Below, in pieces: positions 27,512 to 34,731 of a stretch of DNA of 64,000 nt (the first letter of the stretch is position 1; each line of letters begins with the position of its first letter). A program made the position numbers and the translations under genes. Source of the DNA: a virus (Duplodnaviria; Caudoviricetes); IMG/VR virus record IMGVR_UViG_3300038345_000144. The stretch is one strand, 5' to 3'. The notes beneath the pieces are model-generated. The model searched no databases and had not been told where the DNA came from. It saw only the letters and a list, made by a program, of their open reading frames with translations.

Positions 27512-27636
27512 AAGACACATTTTTTTGCGTTCCTGCTCTACCAACTGAGCTACCTCCCCATTGGCGGGAAGGGTTGGACTCGAACCAACGACCAGGGGTT
27601 TGACAGACCAAGCGATAAGATTGCTGTGTGTGTCTC
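27512..27636 (-). ncRNA. YrlA-type Y RNA: permuted tRNA module in the AGACAC/ACAGCAA stem, with Asp(GTC) loop
   Basis: Order T arm, CCTTCCC-GCCA-AT-GGGGAGG closed acceptor, D arm, enclosed by AGACACA/TGTGTCT. Confidence 0.85.
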
Positions 27637-27645
27637 AAACAGCAT

Positions 27646-27678
27646 TGGTGATAAGTTTTTGCAGAACCTAACAAACTG
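27646..27678 (-). ncRNA. H-type pseudoknot family member ending in CCA
   Basis: CAG-TT-TGTTAGGTT-CTG-CAAA-AACTTATCA-CCA. Confidence 0.65.
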
Positions 27679-27692
27679 TTTTTTTAATTAAC

Positions 27693-27761
27693 AAGACCCG
27701 TTTGTTTCAGAGGTTTTTGATTATCAGTCAAATTCTAAAATAAGATTGCTGTATGGGTCTT
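27693..27761 (-). ncRNA. Y-RNA-like element D with Ile(GAT) anticodon stem-loop
   Basis: AAGACCC/GGGTCTT; ATACAGCAA; TTTGA-CTGATAA-TCAAA. Confidence 0.85.
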
Positions 27762-27780
27762 AAATTTGGTTACTGATAAC

Positions 27781-27868
27781 GAGACACGAAATTTTTATGG
27801 AGTCGAACCATATAAGTTTGAGTTGCAGTCAAATTTTTTACCGATAAGTAGATTGCTGTGTATGTCTC
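27781..27868 (-). ncRNA. Y-RNA-like element E with Cys(GCA) anticodon stem-loop and T arm
   Basis: GAGACAT/GTGTCTC; ACACAGCAA; TTTGA-CTGCAAC-TCAAA; ATGG-TTCGACT-CCAT. Confidence 0.85.
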
Positions 27869-27876
27869 AATCAGTC

Positions 27877-27912
27877 TGGTGAATAGTTTTTGGATAGAAC
27901 TAATCAAACTAT
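27877..27912 (-). ncRNA. H-type pseudoknot family member ending in CCA
   Basis: ATAG-TT-TGATTAGTT-CTAT-CCAAA-AACTATTCA-CCA. Confidence 0.7.
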
Positions 27913-27921
27913 ATAAATTAC

Positions 27922-27994
27922 GAGACACAGTTTTTTAAGGGTGTTTCATTAAAAGTAAAATCCTGAAAAATCAAAGAGTTGCTGTGTGTGTCTC
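27922..27994 (-). ncRNA. Y-RNA-like element F with Lys(TTT) anticodon stem-loop
   Basis: GAGACAC/GTGTCTC; ACACAGCAA; TTTTA-CTTTTAA-TGAAA. Confidence 0.8.
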
Positions 27995-28000
27995 AATTTG

Positions 28001-28076
28001 TGGAGCCACCGACAGGACTTGAACCTGCAACCTACTGCTTACAAGGCAGTCGCACTACCAATTGTGCTACGGGGGC
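28001..28076 (-). tRNA. tRNA-Thr(TGT)
   Basis: Loop CTTGTAA. Confidence 0.92.
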
Positions 28077-28083
28077 ATACAAA

Positions 28084-28157
28084 GGGTAACTAATGACGGA
28101 TAATTACCCAACCCGCCATCTTTCGATGGAGTAGTTATATGAACTCTACTAAACATA
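28084..28157 (-). ncRNA. Two tandem pseudoknots (28084-28119, 28127-28157)
   Basis: ATGGCGG/CCGTCAT + GGGTAAT/GTTACCC; TATG/CATA + AGTAG/CTACT then CCA. Confidence 0.55.
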
Positions 28158-28158
28158 G

Positions 28159-28235
28159 TGGGGTGACATCCGAGACTTGAACTCGAACTAACAGGGTCAC
28201 AGCCTATCGTGCTAACCAATTACACCAATGCCACC
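28159..28235 (-). tRNA. tRNA-His(GTG)
   Basis: G-1/C73, loop CTGTGAC. Confidence 0.92.
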
Positions 28236-28250
28236 ATATAAAAGATTAAG

Positions 28251-28263
28251 TTGTCAAAGAACA
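28251..28263 (-). promoter_or_regulatory. boxA-like antitermination element
   Basis: TGTTCTTTGACAA; second GAACTTTGACAA at 28615-28626. Confidence 0.55.
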
Positions 28264-28354
28264 ATTCTTAATAGTAGTATCAATCTTTTAATACCTATTT
28301 CTTATAACTTCACACAGGATTTACTTAAATCTCCTGACTTGCTATTAAGAAGAA

Positions 28355-28431
28355 TGGTCAGAGTGGTGAGACTTGAACTCACAACCTCCTGTCTCCAAAG
28401 CAGGCAGTCTACCAGTTGACCTTACACCCTG
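28355..28431 (-). tRNA. tRNA-Pro(TGG), A37 variant
   Basis: Loop TTTGGAG. Confidence 0.87.
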
Positions 28432-28437
28432 ATACGG

Positions 28438-28477
28438 TTCCCCATCTTTGTTTCTCTTCAGAACGGGGAAACTGAAG
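28438..28477 (-). ncRNA. H-type pseudoknot family member
   Basis: CTTCAG-TTT-CCCCGTT-CTGAAG-AGAAACAAA-GATGGGG. Confidence 0.65.
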
Positions 28478-28514
28478 GTTTTTCACAGGAACTCTTTTTA
28501 TAAGAGTGTGTGAC

Positions 28515-28601
28515 TGGTGGGCAGGGAGGGACTTGAACCCCCAGAGTCTCTCGACAACGGATTTACAGTCCGTCCCGCTACCAGTTACGGTTTACCTACC
28601 C
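28515..28601 (-). tRNA. tRNA-Tyr(GTA)
   Basis: Class II, loop CTGTAAA. Confidence 0.92.
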
Positions 28602-28644
28602 ATATTATGTTCTTTTGTCAAAGTTCGTTGTGTAAAAGTCTCCT

Positions 28645-28687
28645 AAAAATAAATAACCCCTACACTTTTTCCGATGTAGAGGTTATT
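28645..28687 (-). terminator. Attenuator/terminator hairpin ahead of the tRNA operon
   Basis: AATAACCTCTACA/TGTAGGGGTTATT then TATTTTT. Confidence 0.65.
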
Positions 28688-28721
28688 CATAGGAGATTTT
28701 AGTATGAACACTTATTTCATC

Positions 28722-28871
28722 TTATGTTTTTATACCCTCTACGAAAGGAGTAATAATATCTTCTGTATTATAATCACTATACGCATAAGCAGACTGAACT
28801 GACGGTTCTACTTTCGTAAATGAACCGAGCACGATATTCTCAAAACGCTTATTCATAATAGAATGTCTCAT
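28722..28871 (-). CDS. 49-aa leader peptide (MRHSIMNKRF...PFVEGIKT), not in the ORF track
   Basis: GAAAGGAG RBS; lies between a consensus promoter and the terminator. Confidence 0.6.
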   Translation of the reverse strand: MRHSIMNKRFENIVLGSFTKVEPSVQSAYAYSDYNTEDIITPFVEGIKT

Positions 28872-28902
28872 AAACTAACTCCTTTCGTTAGAATTCACAT
28901 TG

Positions 28903-28931
28903 ATTATAAGCAATCAAAATTGGTTTGTCAA
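28903..28931 (-). promoter_or_regulatory. Consensus sigma-A promoter of the main tRNA operon
   Basis: TTGACA-17 nt-TATAAT. Confidence 0.85.
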
Positions 28932-28962
28932 TGGTCTGATTAAAATTTCCTGAAAAAATTTT

Positions 28963-29739
28963 TTATGCGATGGAAGTTACCTGAACCATTGGGGTTTCAT
29001 AGAAGTACATATATCCCTGAATTGTAATTGACTGTCCCTGCTGTAAGCCCTGAACGGCTGTATATACCGTTGACTCGGCTCCACCAACAAGGTAAGGATT
29101 TACAGCGAAGGTATATGTTACTCCACCCTGCGATGCCTTAAAGAAGATAGCGTCGCCTACTGAACCATTACCATTATATCCATATCTGAATACCGCACCG
29201 TCTTCCCAAGTTTCTACTACGAAACCTGAAAGTTGAATTTTTCTGTTAATATAGTCGCCTGCTGATGAAGCGAAGATTGTAGTAATATCAAGAGGCTGTG
29301 CAATTACAGGACTTGCAGAAAGAACTTCGATTGTTCCGTTTGCAATCTCTACCTCATTACTAAATACCTGCTTCGTTCCAGTAACCTTAACAGGTGTACC
29401 TTCAGTAATTGAGTCATAAACCGCCTGCGTAAGTCTTACATTATAGAGGAAGTACGCATTGTCGGAGGTCTGGTCCTTAATGAACATTGATGTATTACCG
29501 TCACCAGTCTCTTCTGCGATATAACTCATCTTTGCCTGAACATAGCCAGCAACTACTACCTGCTCTCCGAAGTTCGTTGCCAAGAACTCGTTATAAGTCA
29601 AGGTCGTTCCGTCTGTTACCAACATCGGTACTGTTTCGACTGTCGGAGTTGTAGGCTTATTACAACCTGCAAATGACAGACAAAGGGCAAATACCGTAAT
29701 CAGTCCCAAAAGTCTCTTAATGTTTTTTGTCATTATCAT
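28963..29739 (-). CDS. Lipoprotein, possible tandem OB folds
   Basis: FAGC lipobox; beta-rich body. Confidence 0.7.
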   Translation of the reverse strand: MIMTKNIKRLLGLITVFALCLSFAGCNKPTTPTVETVPMLVTDGTTLTYNEFLATNFGEQVVVAGYVQAKMSYIAEETGDGNTSMFIKDQTSDNAYFLYNVRLTQAVYDSITEGTPVKVTGTKQVFSNEVEIANGTIEVLSASPVIAQPLDITTIFASSAGDYINRKIQLSGFVVETWEDGAVFRYGYNGNGSVGDAIFFKASQGGVTYTFAVNPYLVGGAESTVYTAVQGLQQGQSITIQGYMYFYETPMVQVTSIA

Positions 29740-30011
29740 AATTTACTCTCCTTTATTATGGCTATGATTAGTAAAAGTACAGCCATTATAAACAAAATTA
29801 TTGATGCAGTCATCCACACTGCTTGGGTTTCCCATAGTATATACACCTGCTCCATTGTGGTTTCTACAAACCAACACTGGTGAAATGCACCATAGGTTGC
29901 CTTGTTCATAAACATAAGAGATGCAGACAGAGATAACATTGACAATAGAAAGAAAACCAGCGTAGGTTCGGCTTTTAATTTACTTTTACTCTTTCTATTC
30001 TCAAGATACAT
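29736..30011 (-). CDS. Two-TM membrane protein
   Basis: Two hydrophobic helices. Confidence 0.6.
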   Translation of the reverse strand: MYLENRKSKSKLKAEPTLVFFLLSMLSLSASLMFMNKATYGAFHQCWFVETTMEQVYILWETQAVWMTASIILFIMAVLLLIIAIIKESKL

Positions 30012-30040
30012 TCCTTTCTGCTCCTATGTTTATAGGATTT

Positions 30041-30115
30041 TGGTGTCTCGGACGAGGCTCGAACTCGCAACTCCCTGATTAAAAGTCAGGTACTCTACCA
30101 TTGAGTCACCGAGAC
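30041..30115 (-). tRNA. tRNA-Lys(TTT)
   Basis: Loop CTTTTAA. Confidence 0.93.
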
Positions 30116-30662
30116 ATTTACCTTTGTAGTATAACAAAGGCTAAACATTTTGTAAAGTATTAAGATACTTCGTTTACGGAAACAATATCAAGCCAAAAGG
30201 CTTCATTTTTATGGCGGTTAATGAATTTTTCCTGTGCTTCTTCCTTCGTATCAGCATTGACACACTCTGCTGAAGCAAAATCATCACCATCGAAGATAAA
30301 TTCAATCTTATACTTATTCATAACCTCTTTCTCCTTTGTAAATATTAAACGGCTGTTTACTAAAGGTACAGCCGTAGAAACCTATAATTTTTTACATTTG
30401 ACAGGGTGAGTGACTCACTTTTCCTCCACCACAGAGGCGTTTTAGTGTGGGTGGTTAATCCCAAGATAAACTACCTGTCAAGTTGTGTTTTTGTACCATC
30501 AGGGTCAATGATGTTGGTCTTGGGCAACACAAAACACGAAAATACCCAATGGGTGGTCTTATCGCCAGACTCTTCCGAACACGACTACTTTGGTGTAGCG
30601 TACCGTTATAGCAACCTCTATAACCAGACATCTCTTTTGACCGAGGGTAGATGAAGCCCTAT

Positions 30663-30745
30663 TGGTGGGACTGAAGGGACTCGAACCCTCACGGTTTCCC
30701 GACGGATTTTAAGTCCGTTGCGTCTGCCAGTTTCACCACAGTCCC
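30663..30745 (-). tRNA. tRNA-Leu(TAA)
   Basis: Class II, loop CTTAAAA. Confidence 0.93.
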
Positions 30746-30810
30746 ATATAATTTTCAGAAAATAGGATATACTCTGCAAGTTCTATGAACCGAGTATATC
30801 CTTTTTCTAC

Positions 30811-30889
30811 TGGCTGGGGTAACAGGACTCGAACCCGTACCTCCAGAGTCAAAGTCTGGTGTGCTAACCAATTACACAGTCATACCCCA
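30811..30889 (-). tRNA. tRNA-Gln(TTG), 3-nt insertion before D arm
   Basis: Loop CTTTGAC, G73. Confidence 0.85.
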
Positions 30890-30964
30890 GTATTATTCTT
30901 CTGTGAAACTCGACATATTGAGTATAACAAAAGAATAAAGTCTTGTAAAGAGTTTTTTATAAAA

Positions 30965-31396
30965 TTATCTATCTAAAAATGTTCTAATGCTCATAATAGC
31001 CTGTCTATCTTCAGAAGACAACTTGGAGAACTCTCTACAAAGAATTAAAATTGCCCTAAAAGCACCTTCGTCAATGAAATGATGTGTATTTCTACCTTCC
31101 TTTGCATTGGCTTCATCCTGCTTTTTACAATTCTCCTTCTCCTCTTGAAGTGCCTTCTCAATGTCGGCATCGGTTAAATCGGCATAAGCCTCATAACCAT
31201 CCTTCAAAAGGCGTTGGCGAACAGGCAATAATAAAAAGGCAAACCCTTGTTCATAAGTTGTTGCAATATCTCTGGTCTCATCACTGATGTTCAGCCAGTG
31301 ACCCAACGCTTCATTCTGTTTCTTTTCTTCTGCGGATAATCGTCTTCCCATCTTAAATCTCCTCTCTGATTGCTCCTGCGGAGTCTGCGTCGGCAA
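30965..31396 (-). CDS. Hypothetical protein (start probably MGRRL)
   Basis: GAGGAG before MGRRL. Confidence 0.6.
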   Translation of the reverse strand: MPTQTPQEQSERRFKMGRRLSAEEKKQNEALGHWLNISDETRDIATTYEQGFAFLLLPVRQRLLKDGYEAYADLTDADIEKALQEEKENCKKQDEANAKEGRNTHHFIDEGAFRAILILCREFSKLSSEDRQAIMSIRTFLDR

Positions 31397-32231
31397 AACT
31401 CATAAGCAGGTCGAACTTTTCCTGACCGAGAAATCTTCTCCACTTGTCAAAGTTCTTCTGTGTACGGTCTTTATCCTTCTTCAAGAGCATATGATAGTTG
31501 ACAAGGAAAATACCTTCCAAATCAATAACTCCATCAATAGGGTGGGTAATAAGGTAGTATGCACCAACATTGGCGTGGTCATAGAAGTGATAACACTTCT
31601 TTTCCTCGTCCCAAGTCTGGGTGTATATCTTACCGATGTCGTGGTAAAACACATACTTTTGCTTATTATTATAATTAAATAGTCTATCAACAGCGACACA
31701 ATGCTCATAGACATTTTCCTTGTGCCATTTTGATGTCTGTTCAGTAGCCTTCATTTGAGCCTGAATTTCAGCCTCGTTAAGAGGGGCATTATCACCAATA
31801 ACCCTAATCTCATTGAAACCTTCCTCTCTAAAAGGCATTTCAAAACGGTGGACGAACTTCCAAATGACTGCCTCACCAACAGTTCTATCCCTCTTGCTAT
31901 CCTGCTCAATCGCCTTTTCAACAGGCACAGCAATAACAACAGCCACAAGGTTATACTTGTACTGCTTACCCATATTTACGGCTCTGGACCTATTCTTAAT
32001 GTTGATATTTGTTGCATTGAACCAAACATCATTACCAGCCTTGAGATTTTTCTCAAGTCTTTCGTAAAGCATAGAAAATACCAGTTCATTCTGGGACTGG
32101 TCGTTCACATCGCCTAATTCAGCCCTAATACCATCTGAAGAAAGCACAATATCTGTGTCCTTCTTGTTATGTTCAATGTAATAGTCCTTTCCTGCACCAG
32201 GAATTCCAACCATAATGTAAAGTGTTGACAT
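31353..32231 (-). CDS. Polynucleotide kinase (AAA_33) fused to HD phosphoesterase
   Basis: GIPGAGK, SSDGIR, NATN; WHKE...H, YHDIGK, HANVGAY, YHM, AD. Confidence 0.85.
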   Translation of the reverse strand: MSTLYIMVGIPGAGKDYYIEHNKKDTDIVLSSDGIRAELGDVNDQSQNELVFSMLYERLEKNLKAGNDVWFNATNINIKNRSRAVNMGKQYKYNLVAVVIAVPVEKAIEQDSKRDRTVGEAVIWKFVHRFEMPFREEGFNEIRVIGDNAPLNEAEIQAQMKATEQTSKWHKENVYEHCVAVDRLFNYNNKQKYVFYHDIGKIYTQTWDEEKKCYHFYDHANVGAYYLITHPIDGVIDLEGIFLVNYHMLLKKDKDRTQKNFDKWRRFLGQEKFDLLMSFADADSAGAIREEI

Positions 32232-32285
32232 AAAATCTTCCTTTCAAATTACCCCCGCTTTGATTTTCTCTCTGCGGGGGCTGTT

Positions 32286-32546
32286 TTATCCTATTTCGTC
32301 AAAGGTAATCTGCTGTTTAGCGGGTTCCTTTGGCTTTCTTTTCTTGTCTTGGGGCTTATACGGCTTACCTGTCTCAACATCACCCAAATCAGATAGAGCA
32401 AATCCTTTGCAGTTATTTGCCCTGTTTATGTCCTGTCGGGACATATGTAACTGCTTTTCAGGGTATTTTGAGCATCGGAAGTCGTCAGCCTCAAAACAAA
32501 ACGCACAGTAGCGACAATATTGTTTCATATTGCTCTCCTTACACAA
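32286..32546 (-). CDS. Cys-rich hypothetical protein
   Basis: CRYCAFC motif. Confidence 0.55.
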   Translation of the reverse strand: MCKESNMKQYCRYCAFCFEADDFRCSKYPEKQLHMSRQDINRANNCKGFALSDLGDVETGKPYKPQDKKRKPKEPAKQQITFDEIG

Positions 32547-33705
32547 TCTCGTTCATCCACTTAACAACTCTATCCATAGCGGAAAAGTTGAGTGACCTTC
32601 TGATATAAGCGTCAGCAGTAACAGGCTCTTCTCTATCATTGTAATAGAAAGAAGTAGCCCACATTCCCCACTTCTGCTTTGCGTGAGCCTTAACGAAGGT
32701 ATGTCTATCCATAACCTCGGCATCTGCCTTGCAGTAGTCGAAGTATGTCTCAATAGACTCTACCAATGCGTCAATCTTTGCCTCAACAGCGTCTACCTTC
32801 TCCTTGAAGGAAGGAATATAAGTAGCAATCTCGTAGGCATTTCCCTCTCTGATGAACCAGATAATCTTCTTCTCGGAAGGGTTCTTATATGTAGAGCAAT
32901 AGTGAGCCTGAATATAGTCAGGCGACTTTACCTTAACTCTATTCCAGTTTCCGTCTACTACTACATATCCCTCTCCGTTAAGAGCGTCTGCCTCGGCGTT
33001 CTCGTTCATCATCTTTGCAGAAGCAATACAGTCCTCAAGGGAGTTCAAATTGTACTCCTTTGGCTTCTTTACTCCAATATCAGTAACCAACTCAACACCA
33101 GTTGCATTACATCTTGTTCCAGTATGATAGATAGTTGTCTTCTCATAAGGAACAACAATAGTGCAGTCAGGTGATACCAACTCAAAGATATATGTGTTTG
33201 CAGGGTCAAGTCTGGAGTAGTCCAATGCTACATCCTTTGCTCCCTCGTCAAACAACTGTCCGAAAGACTTTCCAGTAGAAGTATAGGAACCTACATTAGC
33301 ATAAGCGTCAATAGTACCATTAGTAGCCAACTCCCACTTTCCATTGTAGAAATACAACTTCATAATGGAACCGTCTACCTTCTCCTGTACTCTTGCAGTA
33401 TTCCAGTCAATATGGTCAGCATAAGGCTCACCATAATTACCGAACTTTCTGAAAGGGAAGCATACTACATCAAGAGTGTTGAGGTCCAAAATGATACCTC
33501 TTGCCTCCTGAACGATAGGATTTGCAAAGTCGCATCCTATTCCATAGTTAAATATAGCCCTACCGTCGGCAGACTCCTTTACACCAATTCCCAAGTCCTC
33601 GAAGTCCTGTCTCCAATTAGCAGGGTGGTTTGAAATATAAGTAGCAATTAAAGAATTCTCGTTCATAACAACATCTCCTTTTGTGTTATGAACAAATGAT
33701 AGCAT
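32539..33705 (-). CDS. T4 Rnl1-type RNA ligase
   Basis: EARGII, PFRKFGNYGE, motif I EKVDGS, FELVSP, EGYVVV, KVKSPDY. Confidence 0.9.
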   Translation of the reverse strand: MLSFVHNTKGDVVMNENSLIATYISNHPANWRQDFEDLGIGVKESADGRAIFNYGIGCDFANPIVQEARGIILDLNTLDVVCFPFRKFGNYGEPYADHIDWNTARVQEKVDGSIMKLYFYNGKWELATNGTIDAYANVGSYTSTGKSFGQLFDEGAKDVALDYSRLDPANTYIFELVSPDCTIVVPYEKTTIYHTGTRCNATGVELVTDIGVKKPKEYNLNSLEDCIASAKMMNENAEADALNGEGYVVVDGNWNRVKVKSPDYIQAHYCSTYKNPSEKKIIWFIREGNAYEIATYIPSFKEKVDAVEAKIDALVESIETYFDYCKADAEVMDRHTFVKAHAKQKWGMWATSFYYNDREEPVTADAYIRRSLNFSAMDRVVKWMNEIV

Positions 33706-33751
33706 AACACATCAGGAGTTGTCAATAGGTTTAATAAGAAAATAAAGTAAA

Positions 33752-34522
33752 TTAAAGAGTATTTATATATTCGTCTTTAATTGGGTTTAACATAGTGAAC
33801 CCAATATACATAGAATTTTTACGGAATTTTACCCTAAAAAATAAGGGTTCTATTCCATAAGCCTGTAACTTTACCATAATCTTATCAGTTATTGCCGAAT
33901 TATAATACCAGTGTTTAGCGGCTTTTTTGGTTAATCTTTCACGAATAAAGAAATCTTCACCAGAAAATATAAAATGAAGACAGTGCTGACAAGGTTTGTG
34001 TACCCATACCCCGTCACCCATTTTATCGCCACAATTCTCCCAGTCCTCGAAGTTAACATCACCTTTATTTATGCCAAGTCCATATTCAAGAGGTACTTTC
34101 TGAAAAAACCAATCATTAGGGTAAATCTCACACGATGGTAAGTTATCATCGACATCCTCATAATCATATACATCATATTCAGATGTATAATAACACTCTA
34201 ACAAACACTCTGTCTTTTCAGGCTTCACGATTTCTTCAATATTGAAATCAGGTTTCTCAAATAAACCAATTTCAGGGTAATAAAACTTAAATCCAACCCA
34301 CCAGAAGTTATCATCGTCCATTACTAACTTCCCCAATGCGTTGTCTAACTCCTGCGGGGCATACTTTGATAAGATAAAATCTTCAAAGGCTTTAAGAATT
34401 AAATCAGTATTCTGGCGAACAAAATGAGACACCCTCATCATCTTTCTTTTGGGGGTCTCTGACTTACCCCATTCTTTATCCAGATTATCTTTTCTCACCC
34501 TTGCTAATTTGCATTTATCCAT
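33752..34522 (-). CDS. Hypothetical protein
   Basis: 256-aa ORF with RBS and upstream promoter. Confidence 0.65.
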   Translation of the reverse strand: MDKCKLARVRKDNLDKEWGKSETPKRKMMRVSHFVRQNTDLILKAFEDFILSKYAPQELDNALGKLVMDDDNFWWVGFKFYYPEIGLFEKPDFNIEEIVKPEKTECLLECYYTSEYDVYDYEDVDDNLPSCEIYPNDWFFQKVPLEYGLGINKGDVNFEDWENCGDKMGDGVWVHKPCQHCLHFIFSGEDFFIRERLTKKAAKHWYYNSAITDKIMVKLQAYGIEPLFFRVKFRKNSMYIGFTMLNPIKDEYINTL

Positions 34523-34731
34523 ATTCGTACAACATTCCTTTCAAGTGAATATTTACATTGTATAATAATACAATTACCTTCGTAAATATTCATATTTAAC
34601 TTTAGTACACTAAAGTCCTCTATTCACAAGAAACCCCCAACCATAACTGGCGGGGGCTTCATCACCATAATAACAAGGAGGAAAGCATATGAAAACCATA
34701 AGATGCTTTCGCATAATTATAGTATCACACT

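Noticed and set aside
27512-27994. CRISPR array (recurring TTGCTGTGTGTGTCTC with variable intervening sequence)
   Set aside because: Repeats come as inverted pairs enclosing structured cargo, spacing is irregular, stems co-vary, and there are no cas genes in the window.
17295-28477. Theta/HDV-like ribozymes at tRNA 3' ends
   Set aside because: The pseudoknots inspected lack the nested P3/L3 hairpin and J4/2 catalytic C; not every spacer was examined exhaustively.
16847-28702. Many 60-160 aa ORFs in the track overlapping the tRNA array
   Set aside because: They are translations of tRNA/ncRNA sequence on either strand with no RBS (except 19792, 20046 and 20851).
11113-30889. Stop-codon recoding or suppressor tRNAs
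   Set aside because: No CTA/TCA/TTA anticodons found, and long genes are intact under code 11.
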